A DNA stretch of 32,000 bases, taken from contig NC_003272.1 of NCBI RefSeq assembly GCF_000009705.1, positions 4,440,001-4,472,000 of the forward strand. Direction: 5' to 3'. Below the pieces are notes generated by a model. The model had not been told where the DNA came from, ran no database searches, and saw only the letters and a list, made by a program, of their open reading frames with translations. The stretch comes from Nostoc sp. PCC 7120 = FACHB-418 (GTDB lineage Bacteria > Cyanobacteriota > Cyanobacteriia > Cyanobacteriales > Nostocaceae). A program made the translations under genes and the position numbers. This document shows positions 1-8,070 of the stretch, in pieces; within the stretch, counting starts at the first letter, position 1; the number at the start of each line of letters is the position of its first letter.

Positions 1-4
1 AAGC

Positions 5-1420
5 ATGAAAGTTACCCAGGAAAAACTTCCCGCCAGCCAAATTGGTCTGGAAATAGAGATTACACCAGAAATTACGCAAAAAACTTACGAACAGGTAATT
101 AAAAATTTATCCAGAACCGTTAACATTCCTGGGTTTCGTAAAGGCAAAGTACCAAGACAAGTATTATTACAGCGTCTAGGTAAAACTCACATCAAAGCCG
201 CAGCCCTGGAAGAATTGCTGCAAGATGGGATAGAGCAAGCAATCAAGCAAGAATCCATTGCCGCAATTGGTCAACCACGCCTGCGCTCATCCTTCGATGA
301 TTTAATTAATAGTTACGAACCAGGACAGCCCTTGACTTTTACTGCGGCTGTGGATGTAGAACCAGAAATCAACCTAGTGCAGTACACAGGTTTAGAAGCC
401 AAAGCCGAAGAAATCAAGTACGATCCAGCGCGGGTTGATGAAGTTTTAGAAAAAGAACGTCAAGAATTGGCGACATTAATTCCCGTAGAAGGAAGATCCG
501 CCCAAATTGGTGACGTGGCTGTAGTGGACTTTAAAGGTGTAATCGCCAAAGCTGAAGGTGATGACGAAAATGCCGAACCCGAACCCATTCCTGGCGGTGA
601 CGCTAGCGATTTTCAGGTAGAATTACAGGAAGATAGATTTATTCCTGGTTTTGTGACTGGCATCGTGGGCATGAATCCAGGGGACACCAAAGAAGTGTCA
701 GCTCAATTCCCAGACCCTTACGTTAACCAAGAATTGGCAGGGAAACCGGCAATTTTTACGGTGACTCTCAAAGAAATTAAAGAAAAAGAACTACCGGAAT
801 TAAATGACGACTTTGCCCAAGAAGTCAGCGATTTCGATACTCTAGAAGCGTTGCGCGCTTCTTTGGCAGAGCGTTATCAAAAAGAAGCGGAAGACAAAAC
901 CAAGAATAATCAGCAAGAGGCTTTGTTAGGCGAACTAGTTAAGCACATAGAAGTAGATTTGCCAGAAACCCTGATTGAGAAAGAAGTAGACGCGATGCTG
1001 ACACAAACAGCTATGCGCCTATCCCAACAGGGACTGGATGTGAAAAAATTATTCACCCAGGATATTATCCCGCAGTTACGGGAGCGATCGCGCCCTGAGG
1101 CTGTAGAACGCCTTAAACGGTCTTTGGGTTTGCAAGAAGTCGCTAAACGCGAGTCAATTACCGTCACCCCAGAAGAAATTCAAGCCAGAGTGACAGAATT
1201 GGTGCAACAATACCCAGACGAAGACATTGATGCAGAAAGATTGCAAACCATCGTAGAAAACGAGCTATTATCCGAAAAAATCATTGATTGGCTATTAGCA
1301 AATTCTACCGTTGAACTGGTACCAGAAGGCTCATTAGCTAGCCAAGAGCCAGAGATAACTGCACCTGAGACTGAGGCAGAAACCATAGAGGTTGCAGCAG
1401 AATCGACTACAGGGGAATAA
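5..1420 (+). CDS. tig: Trigger factor (ribosome-associated peptidyl-prolyl isomerase chaperone)
   Basis: 471-aa ORF. The N-terminal ribosome-binding signature GFRKGKVP, a central FKBP-like segment (GDVAVVDFKG...FIPGF) and a long acidic C-terminus are typical of trigger factor. It lies upstream of clpP-clpX, the conserved tig-clpP-clpX neighbourhood. Confidence 0.95.
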   Translation: MKVTQEKLPASQIGLEIEITPEITQKTYEQVIKNLSRTVNIPGFRKGKVPRQVLLQRLGKTHIKAAALEELLQDGIEQAIKQESIAAIGQPRLRSSFDDLINSYEPGQPLTFTAAVDVEPEINLVQYTGLEAKAEEIKYDPARVDEVLEKERQELATLIPVEGRSAQIGDVAVVDFKGVIAKAEGDDENAEPEPIPGGDASDFQVELQEDRFIPGFVTGIVGMNPGDTKEVSAQFPDPYVNQELAGKPAIFTVTLKEIKEKELPELNDDFAQEVSDFDTLEALRASLAERYQKEAEDKTKNNQQEALLGELVKHIEVDLPETLIEKEVDAMLTQTAMRLSQQGLDVKKLFTQDIIPQLRERSRPEAVERLKRSLGLQEVAKRESITVTPEEIQARVTELVQQYPDEDIDAERLQTIVENELLSEKIIDWLLANSTVELVPEGSLASQEPEITAPETEAETIEVAAESTTGE

Positions 1421-1493
1421 AAAGGCAATTTTGTAGCGACTGTCTTGAAAGTCAAGCGATCGTTAACAAAAACCGGGACTCTGAACATTGACG

Positions 1494-1618
1494 CAACTGG
1501 GGAACGCTGCGCTAGATTCTGCGGTGGCTGGTACGGGCAAAAAGACTTGTGGCTCTTGGCTAAGATGGTAGCAGCCCGCACCAGCCACTCCGCTTCGCCG
1601 CAGAATCTTCCCCAGTTG
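1494..1618. other. Long imperfect hairpin / inverted repeat of about 125 nt, function unknown
   Basis: Three perfect complementary arms: 1494-1503 CAACTGGGGA with 1609-1618 TCCCCAGTTG, 1514-1524 AGATTCTGCGG with 1598-1608 CCGCAGAATCT, and 1525-1532 TGGCTGGT with 1580-1587 ACCAGCCA. Two 10-nt bulges (1504-1513 and 1588-1597) interrupt the stem, and further GGGC/GCCC pairing lies near the apex. That gives about 29 perfect base pairs. It sits between the tig stop and the 3' end of the IS110 transposase gene. Confidence 0.6.
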
Positions 1619-1722
1619 CTGGATTTCCCGTGAAGATAAAAAAGAGCATCAAAAATTGACCCAAATGCGGCAATAGGATCATCAGGGAGAGTATTTCCAA
1701 GTATAAAAACGGTCAATTGTGA

Positions 1723-2685
1723 TTAAGCGTTGGGAATGGGTTGTAAGTTGTCAGTAACACGCCAAGGTAAATTATCCCGAACCATTGCATTTAAAATGAC
1801 TAACATTTTATGAACGCAAGCAGTGAGAGCTAATTTTTTCGATTTACCACGTTCGACAAGACGCTCATAAAAGGCCTTGATAACCGGATTATGACGCATA
1901 GCAACAACAGCACCCATATAAAGAGTGGCACGAACATGAGCGCGACCGCCATTAATCATGCGCTTACCTTTGTGTTGACCACTATCATGATTGATAGGTG
2001 CAACACCAACTAAGCGAGAAATTTGTTTGGCAGTGAGTTGACCGAGTTCTGGCAAATCAGAAACCAGAGTTGTCGAAATAACTTGGCCAATACCAGGAGT
2101 AGTTTTGAGTAAATTAACTTTTTCAATCCATTGTTGATTGTTTTGAGTTAATTGCTCAATTTCTTGATTGAGTTGTTTGAGACGTTCGTCAAGATATTCA
2201 ATGTGTGCTTCAATATCTGCCAATGCTTTACCACGGGCGCGTGAGCGTCGATTTTTTTCAGCAGTTTGCATCTCAACTAATTGTCTTCGACGACTAATTA
2301 ATTCTCCTAATTGACGAGATGCTTGTGACTCAATGTTTAACACTTGAGGTTTCATTGCTTCCCCAAAGTGTGCCAATATTTGTGCATCGATAGCATCTGT
2401 TTTGGCGAGTTTACCAGTGGCTTTGGCAAAATTTCGTCCTTGACGTGGATTGATTAATGCTACTGGTAGCATTGCTGCCTGTAGTTGAATGACCAGTTCT
2501 GTTTCTAATCCTCCGGTTGCTTCTAGTACGATGAGGTTCAAATCATAAAATTTTAATTGTTCAACTAAATTAAATATTTCTAGTTCTGTATTAGCAAACT
2601 TCAATGCTTTACCGATGGGACGGATATAAACATCGAGGGTCGCTTTGCTCACGTCAATGCCTACCCACACAGAGATGTTTTCCAT
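1723..2685 (-). CDS. IS110-family transposase (DEDD RuvC-like N-domain plus C-terminal Tnp domain)
   Basis: 320 aa. DEDD-type motifs are VGIDVSK, LEATGG and KTDAIDA. The C-terminal IS116/IS110/IS902-type region is GVAPINHDSGQHKGKRMINGGRAHVRATLYM...NPVIKAFYERL. The frame is intact. Confidence 0.9.
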   Translation of the reverse strand: MENISVWVGIDVSKATLDVYIRPIGKALKFANTELEIFNLVEQLKFYDLNLIVLEATGGLETELVIQLQAAMLPVALINPRQGRNFAKATGKLAKTDAIDAQILAHFGEAMKPQVLNIESQASRQLGELISRRRQLVEMQTAEKNRRSRARGKALADIEAHIEYLDERLKQLNQEIEQLTQNNQQWIEKVNLLKTTPGIGQVISTTLVSDLPELGQLTAKQISRLVGVAPINHDSGQHKGKRMINGGRAHVRATLYMGAVVAMRHNPVIKAFYERLVERGKSKKLALTACVHKMLVILNAMVRDNLPWRVTDNLQPIPNA

Positions 2686-2699
2686 TTTTGAATCTCAAC

Positions 2700-2975
2700 T
2701 ATTTTGTCAAGAAGTTTTTAATTCATCCCCTTGATTTCACTCATCCTTGCCCGATGCGGACTGTATACTTTAAATGTCAGTAGTTTAAAGCTTTGACCCC
2801 GGCGACTGTTCGAGTTCTGTCAAAGAGATTGTTGTGGTGACCCATGCTACAAAGCGGTCTTTAATGACCTAGGGTGCGACGGTCTACCACTTCTTTTAAT
2901 ATACAAGGGTGTGTTCCGCCATAGATTCAGCCACCAATCACATATTTTTGGTGCGTCAGACTCAAACCACAACAC
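2700..2975 (-). ncRNA. Candidate IS110 bridge RNA (non-coding left end upstream of the transposase)
   Basis: This call rests on position and structure only. It is about 290 nt with no plausible ORF, immediately 5' of the transposase ATG. On the minus strand, AGGGTGTGTT pairs with AACACACCCT around a nested CACCAA/TTGGTG stem. GTGGT-A-GACC pairs with GGTC-ACCAC around an internal loop of about 38 nt. This multi-loop layout matches IS110-group elements that encode a bridge RNA in the left end. Confidence 0.3.
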
Positions 2976-3274
2976 ACCCTACTAGCTCTTAGCAGCCATT
3001 GTCGCCAGATCACCCCTCACACAAATTCAAATTTTTAAGTTATAAATGCTGAGTCATGAGTATGAAAAATTATTACTCAAGGCTCACCGTAAATGTGGAA
3101 GATGTAGTCAATGGAATGGTTTGCACTCTCCCTCACCTAATTTGGGGTAAAACGAGAAGAATATAGATGAGGCATAATGGTTAACACATAGGTGAATCAA
3201 AATCTCATTTATTAACACAAAGGCAGCTATATGTTGCCAAAATCTCTGTCCCAACTATCTCCAATTGTCCTTGT

Positions 3275-3973
3275 ATGCTTGTATCGCAGTCGGCAAATCA
3301 CTCCATCAACAGTTTAAGTCGATTTGGAATGTCCTCACACCTCAACGGCATAGGCAACATCGTGCCAATGGTCGTAGAACAATCTGGTATGGGAGAAAGA
3401 GCCTTCGACATCTACTCCCGCCTACTGCGAGAGCGGATTATCTTTTTAGGAACTCCTATCGACGATGCTGTAGCCAACACAATTGTTGCCCAGTTGTTGT
3501 TTTTGGACGCGGAAGACTCGGAAAAAGATATCCAACTCTATATCAACTCCCCTGGTGGATCTGTCTACGCAGGCATGGCAATCTATGATACAATTCAGCA
3601 AATCCGTCCCGATGTTGTTACTATATGTTTTGGGTTAGCAGCAAGCATGGGGGCATTTTTGTTAACAGCAGGAACTAAAGGTAAACGTATGTCCCTACCT
3701 GATTCCCGCATTATGATTCACCAACCCCTGGGTGGCGCTCAAGGTCAAGCCATTGATATAGAAATCCAAGCAAGGGAAATTCTTTACATTAAGGCTCAGT
3801 TGAACCAGTTATTGGCTAATCATACTGGTCAACCCCTAGAAAGAATTGAAGCAGATACCGATCGCGACTTCTTTATGTCAGCAGAAGAAGCAAAAAATTA
3901 CGGTTTGATCGATCAAGTCATCTCCAGACAAAATCTTCCCACAGCAGGGGAAAACGTCACCATCGTGAAATAA
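3275..3973 (+). CDS. clpP: ATP-dependent Clp protease proteolytic subunit
   Basis: 232-aa ORF with the ClpP core motifs [26 protein letters not shown] (catalytic Ser) and IMIHQPLGG (catalytic His). It lies directly upstream of clpX. The start is uncertain: in-frame alternatives are at 3329 (MSSHLNG) and further downstream (MVVEQSG). Confidence 0.93.
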   Translation: MLVSQSANHSINSLSRFGMSSHLNGIGNIVPMVVEQSGMGERAFDIYSRLLRERIIFLGTPIDDAVANTIVAQLLFLDAEDSEKDIQLYINSPGGSVYAGMAIYDTIQQIRPDVVTICFGLAASMGAFLLTAGTKGKRMSLPDSRIMIHQPLGGAQGQAIDIEIQAREILYIKAQLNQLLANHTGQPLERIEADTDRDFFMSAEEAKNYGLIDQVISRQNLPTAGENVTIVK

Positions 3974-3982
3974 GAGGCTGGT

Positions 3983-5320
3983 ATGTCTAAGTACGACTCC
4001 CATTTAAAATGTTCTTTCTGTGGCAAGTCTCAAGAGCAGGTGCGGAAATTGATCGCAGGGCCGGGAGTCTACATCTGCGATGAATGTGTAGACTTGTGTA
4101 ATGAAATACTAGATGAGGAGTTGCTAGATACTAGCGGTGCGGCGGCGCAACCAGCACCAAAATCAGAACCCCCTCAAAAACGCCGCGCCCGTTCTTCTAA
4201 TCTCTCCCTGAGCCAAATACCCAAGCCTAGAGAGATTAAAAAGTACCTAGACGAACACGTTATCGGCCAAGATGAAGCAAAGAAAGTTTTATCTGTAGCC
4301 GTTTACAACCACTACAAACGGTTGGCAATCTTGCAGTCTAAAGGTAGCGGTAAAAATGGAGATGATGCAGTAGAACTGCAAAAATCTAATATTCTTTTAA
4401 TTGGCCCTACTGGTTGTGGCAAAACTCTCCTAGCCCAAACCCTAGCCAAAATTCTCGATGTCCCCTTTGCTGTGGCTGATGCGACAACACTCACAGAAGC
4501 AGGGTATGTAGGGGAAGACGTAGAAAATATCTTACTGCGATTATTACAAGTAGCTGATTTGGATGTAGAAGAAGCCCAGCGCGGCATCATCTACATTGAT
4601 GAAATTGACAAAATTGCCCGCAAGAGTGAAAACCCCTCCATCACTAGGGACGTTTCTGGTGAAGGTGTACAGCAAGCTTTGTTAAAAATGCTGGAAGGCA
4701 CAGTTGCCAACGTCCCACCCCAAGGAGGACGGAAACACCCTTACCAAGATTGCATCCAAATTGATACCAGCAATATTTTATTTATCTGTGGCGGAGCCTT
4801 TGTTGGTTTAGAGAAGGTTGTAGACCAGAGAGGGGGCAAAAAGTCAATAGGCTTTGTGCAACCTGGAGAAGGGCAATCTAAAGAAAAACGGGCAGCAGAT
4901 GTGTTGCGCCATCTGGAACCAGATGACTTGGTGAAATTCGGCATGATTCCCGAATTTATCGGTCGGGTACCAATGGTAGCCGTAGTAGATCCTCTAGATG
5001 AAGAAGCCTTGATGGCGATTCTGACTCAACCACGTAGCGCCCTAGTTAAGCAGTACCAAAAACTGCTGAAGATGGACAATGTCCAATTAGACTTTAAACC
5101 AGATGCACTCAAGGCGATCGCTCAAGAAGCCTACCGCCGGAAAACTGGCGCGAGGGCATTACGGGGCATTGTGGAAGAACTTATGCTAGATGTGATGTAC
5201 GAGTTACCATCCCGTAAAGATGTGACGCGATGCACAGTCACCAGGGAAATGGTAGAGAAGCGATCAACCGCAGAATTGCTAGTTCATCCGTCTTCATTGC
5301 CTAAACCGGAATCAGCTTAG
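3983..5320 (+). CDS. clpX: ATP-dependent Clp protease ATP-binding subunit ClpX
   Basis: 445 aa. N-terminal zinc-binding CSFCGK...CDEC, Walker A GPTGCGKT, Walker [10 protein letters not shown], and the IGF-type ClpP docking loop (GFV). It starts 9 nt after the clpP stop. Confidence 0.97.
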   Translation: MSKYDSHLKCSFCGKSQEQVRKLIAGPGVYICDECVDLCNEILDEELLDTSGAAAQPAPKSEPPQKRRARSSNLSLSQIPKPREIKKYLDEHVIGQDEAKKVLSVAVYNHYKRLAILQSKGSGKNGDDAVELQKSNILLIGPTGCGKTLLAQTLAKILDVPFAVADATTLTEAGYVGEDVENILLRLLQVADLDVEEAQRGIIYIDEIDKIARKSENPSITRDVSGEGVQQALLKMLEGTVANVPPQGGRKHPYQDCIQIDTSNILFICGGAFVGLEKVVDQRGGKKSIGFVQPGEGQSKEKRAADVLRHLEPDDLVKFGMIPEFIGRVPMVAVVDPLDEEALMAILTQPRSALVKQYQKLLKMDNVQLDFKPDALKAIAQEAYRRKTGARALRGIVEELMLDVMYELPSRKDVTRCTVTREMVEKRSTAELLVHPSSLPKPESA

Positions 5321-5414
5321 TAGTCATGAGTCAATGGTCATTAGTTAATAGACTGTTGACTGTTGACTGTTGACTGTTGACTGTTGACTTTGGACTATTG
5401 ACTATTGACTTTGA
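5320..5414. repeat. STRR heptamer tandem array (TTGACTG unit, a permutation of the complement of CAACAGT)
   Basis: About 13 consecutive heptamers: tagtcat gagtcaa tggtcat tagttaa tagactg ttgactg x4 ttgactt tggacta ttgacta ttgactt. The array starts at the clpX stop codon and runs into the annotated N-terminus of the next ORF. Confidence 0.9.
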
Positions 5415-5418
5415 GCAA

Positions 5419-6339
5419 ATGCCTTATATCAATGTTCGTGGCGTTGATCATTATTACGAGTGGGTGAAACAACCATCGGGCGATTTAGTTAAGCCTGTGA
5501 TGGTTTTCGTTCATGGTTGGGCTGGTTCAGCTAGATACTGGAGAAGCACTGCTAACGCTTTATCAGACCAATTTGATTGTTTACTATATGATTTGCGGGG
5601 ATTTGGACGTTCCTACGGCAAACCGACTGTTGCTCAGGCTAGTGAGTCTGTAGCTGGGGCTGATTCAACTCAGGAAAAATCTCAAGCCATTCAAGAGTTA
5701 ACTTATGAGATAGAAGAATACGCTGAGGATTTAGTTGTTCTGCTTGATGAATTAAAGCTTCAGCGTGTTTATGTGAATGCTCACTCAATGGGTGCTTCTA
5801 TCGCCACAATGTTTTTTAACCGCTATCCCCAACGAGTAGAACGGGGAATATTAACCTGTAGCGGTATTTTTGAATATGACGAAAAAGCTTTTGCTGCTTT
5901 TCATAAATTTGGTGGTTATGTAGTCAAGTTCCGTCCTAAGTGGTTAGGGAAAATACCATTTGTTGACAGAATGTTTATGGCGAGATTTTTACATCGTCCT
6001 ATACCTAAAAGTGAGCGCAAGGCTTTCTTAGAAGATTTTCTAGTAGCCGATTATGATACGGCTTTAGGGACAATCTTTACTTCTGTCAGTAAAGCTCAGG
6101 CTGAAGTCATGCCCCAGGAGTTTGCTAAGTTACAAGTACCAACTTTATTAGTGGCTGGGGAATATGACCAAATTATCCCAGCTAAGATGGGACGACAAGC
6201 CGCTTCCCTAAATGAAAACGTGGAGTTTGTCTTGATTCCCGATACAGCACATTTTCCTATGTTGGAAGATGCGCCTACTTATCTACGGCGGGTACGGGAG
6301 TTTTTACAAGTGGCGACACCAGAATTACAAACTAGTTAA
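5419..6339 (+). CDS. Alpha/beta-fold hydrolase
   Basis: HG oxyanion motif VFVHGWAGS, nucleophile elbow HSMGA (GxSxG), and a C-terminal His in PDTAHFPMLE. I moved the start to the ATG at 5419 (MPYINVRG) because residues 1-14 of the tracked ORF (5377-5418) are a translation of the STRR array. Confidence 0.85.
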   Translation: MPYINVRGVDHYYEWVKQPSGDLVKPVMVFVHGWAGSARYWRSTANALSDQFDCLLYDLRGFGRSYGKPTVAQASESVAGADSTQEKSQAIQELTYEIEEYAEDLVVLLDELKLQRVYVNAHSMGASIATMFFNRYPQRVERGILTCSGIFEYDEKAFAAFHKFGGYVVKFRPKWLGKIPFVDRMFMARFLHRPIPKSERKAFLEDFLVADYDTALGTIFTSVSKAQAEVMPQEFAKLQVPTLLVAGEYDQIIPAKMGRQAASLNENVEFVLIPDTAHFPMLEDAPTYLRRVREFLQVATPELQTS

Positions 6340-6443
6340 GTGCTGCAAAAGATTACTATAGTTGAATATTACCCCTAAATTTACCTACTTTTGAGATTTT
6401 GCTTTTACACTGAAGATGTAATTTCAACCATTAGGCTATCCTC

Positions 6444-6677
6444 ATGCAGTCTCAACAAGGCTACACCACTGTGAACCGCCCTGGCGATAATGGCTCATTT
6501 GTTGCACACATCTCAACAATCTCTGGTTATAACTCTTGGGGAAAAACACCGGATCAAGCTCGTGGTGAACTTATTGATGTTTTTGAGATGATTCAACAAG
6601 AGTACGAGGAAAATGAACGTTCTCTACAAGAAAGTGTTGAATTAACATCAGAAGAAGAGCGTCACCAACTCAGGTGA
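6444..6677 (+). CDS. Small HicB-like / UPF0150-type protein (possible orphan antitoxin)
   Basis: 77 aa. The pattern YTTVNRPGDNGSFVAHISTISGYNSWGKTPDQARGELIDVFEMI resembles the HicB N-domain consensus (Y-v-e-e-dGgy-a-P-lpG-GeT-eEA-e-i). The tail is acidic. No HicA-sized ORF is adjacent. Confidence 0.4.
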   Translation: MQSQQGYTTVNRPGDNGSFVAHISTISGYNSWGKTPDQARGELIDVFEMIQQEYEENERSLQESVELTSEEERHQLR

Positions 6678-6905
6678 TGACTTTGGTCTTTATCTTACTT
6701 CTCAGGGTGTGTAGAGTAGCTTTATGTAGAATATCATCTACTCCACAACTGCCGATATCTCAAATGTAGAATTGGCGTTTTTTACATCGGGGAATCAACA
6801 AACGCTACGAGACGCTACGCATAGCTTGCTTCTTTGCAGGAGTATGTGCGCTTCCACTAAGGCGTAGTCTATCGCATCTGCCTACATCAGCAATCATCTA
6901 ACACC

Positions 6906-6937
6906 AATTCAAAATTCAAAATTCAAAATTCAAAATT
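6906..6937. repeat. Heptamer tandem repeat (AATTCAA unit, about 4.5 copies)
   Basis: Direct reading: aattcaaaattcaaaattcaaaattcaaaatt. Confidence 0.9.
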
Positions 6938-7012
6938 AAGAAATTCAGATTTGGTCTGGGTTTTAAGGTTTGGATGTGTTACTTGATTTTGGAGAATTGG
7001 TATAACACTTGT

Positions 7013-7041
7013 GAGTAGTCAATAGTTAATAGTCCACAGTC
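7013..7041. repeat. Degenerate STRR heptamer array
   Basis: gagtagtcaa tagttaa tagtcca cagtc. It has 7-nt periodicity and is related to the array at 5320-5414. Confidence 0.6.
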
Positions 7042-7062
7042 TTAGATTTTTATTTAATCATC

Positions 7063-7102
7063 AATGACTAATGGCTACTGACTACTGACTACTGACTAAT
7101 AC
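7063..7102. repeat. STRR heptamer tandem array (TACTGAC unit)
   Basis: aatgac taatggc tactgac tactgac tactgac taatac. It abuts the stop codon of the minus-strand gene at 7103. Confidence 0.85.
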
Positions 7103-7483
7103 TTAACCAAACCAGTGAGATGGCTCGCAGCCTACTTGTACCGATTCACAAAGGTGGTGACTGATCCAGTCTGATTTTTCTTGGAATATAGAATAAATAC
7201 CTTGGTGAATCAACCGTTGTAGGTGTTGTTGCTGCTCTAAAGGACTACGAGGTAATTTGTTGTTCCACCAGCTTTCTTGCTCACAACTTGGTATGAGTAA
7301 CTGTTCGTCAGATATGGCGCTATAAAGGCATGGAATACGATTGAGAACAAAAGCGATTAGCTCTTGGCGCAAATCGGGAATTGCAAATGCTTGTTGATAA
7401 GGATGATATGGATATGTATCTAAAACATTTTCAATCTCCCCTAAGACGGATTGTTGTGTTAAATTGACTACTGTTTTAATCAT
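7103..7483 (-). CDS. Conserved hypothetical protein, possibly ComFB-like
   Basis: 126-aa ORF with an ATG start. The N-terminal pattern N-L-T-Q-x-V-L-x-E-I-E-x-V-L-D...IPDLRQELIAFVLNRIPCLY resembles the ComFB-domain layout (helix, then D-v-x-a-x-a-LN-x-l-P-x-Y). This was judged by eye only. Confidence 0.45.
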   Translation of the reverse strand: MIKTVVNLTQQSVLGEIENVLDTYPYHPYQQAFAIPDLRQELIAFVLNRIPCLYSAISDEQLLIPSCEQESWWNNKLPRSPLEQQQHLQRLIHQGIYSIFQEKSDWISHHLCESVQVGCEPSHWFG

Positions 7484-8070
7484 TTTTAACTCCTTTTTTA
7501 TCTATTTGTTAGTTCGATTTCTGCAAAGAATAAACATTCTAAATACCAATCTTTTCCGGGCAACTATTTAGAATTTATCTTTGTATCTACGTACCGACCA
7601 TAAACGAACTTTTTATTTTGGTGAGTTTCCAGAAATTTGGCTTTACACCTTTTTTGAAATAGAGTCTGATGGACAGTATAACTTTTAAAAAACAGGACTC
7701 AAGAGACTAGTAAGCCTAATTTTTTCTATTTATATTTTAATTTTTTCAAATTTATGCGTTTTTAACGAAAATCTACACAAAACGCATTAAATATGATCAG
7801 GGATCAACACAAAACATAGGTAGACTGGGTAATACCCATCACAACTATGACACGGTGGGCAATGCCCACTTTACAGATACTTAGATATTTATGTGCAAGC
7901 GCAGGCTACACCAACAATAATCAAATCGGATTCCCAGATAGTGTTCCTGATGCATAGCTTTTCTCATCATCTAGGTATTTCGTGAAACATCATTTTTGGA
8001 AAGTAATTTACTAATTCATAAAAATGAGGCTTACTACATTGCGAAACCAGTCTAACGATAGATGGAAATA

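Larger units (their letters stand above)
1700..3000 (-). mobile_element. IS110-family insertion sequence (boundaries approximate)
   Basis: A complete IS110-type transposase ORF plus about 300 nt of structured non-coding sequence 5' of it, inserted in the tig-clpP spacer. No terminal inverted repeats are visible, as expected for this family, so the ends cannot be fixed from one copy. The left end could extend to about 1440 if the hairpin at 1494-1618 belongs to the element. Confidence 0.7.

Noticed and set aside
1494-1618. SRP (4.5S) RNA or 6S RNA identity for the long hairpin. It is rod-shaped and contains AGCAGCC, reminiscent of the SRP domain IV 3' strand.
   Set aside because: The apex lacks a GNRA tetraloop. 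The 5' strand lacks the conserved AGG of the symmetric loop. The apical region folds differently (GCTA-AGATGG-TAGC). At about 125 nt it is too short for cyanobacterial 6S RNA. I keep it only as an unexplained structure.
1180-1716. 178-aa minus-strand ORF and 62-aa plus-strand ORF (1445..1633) in the tig-IS spacer.
   Set aside because: The minus ORF is antisense to the tig 3' end, and both run through the long hairpin. The products are low-complexity Ser/Ala/Arg-rich with no recognisable motif. Hairpin symmetry explains open frames on both strands.
2925-2975. GGTGCGTCAGACTC in the IS left-end region resembling the MITE terminus ATGCGTCAGTCC, considered as a fourth MITE fragment.
   Set aside because: Only 8 contiguous nucleotides match, and neither the rest of the MITE nor a TA-flanked end is present.
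3265-3588. 107-aa plus-strand ORF overlapping the clpP 5' region in another frame.
   Set aside because: It lies entirely within the well-supported clpP frame. Its Arg/Cys-rich composition is typical of an off-frame translation.
5377-5418. N-terminal extension of the hydrolase ORF (MTVDFGLLTIDFEQ).
   Set aside because: These codons are simply the STRR heptamer array read in frame. The ATG at 5419 gives a normal alpha/beta-hydrolase N-terminus.
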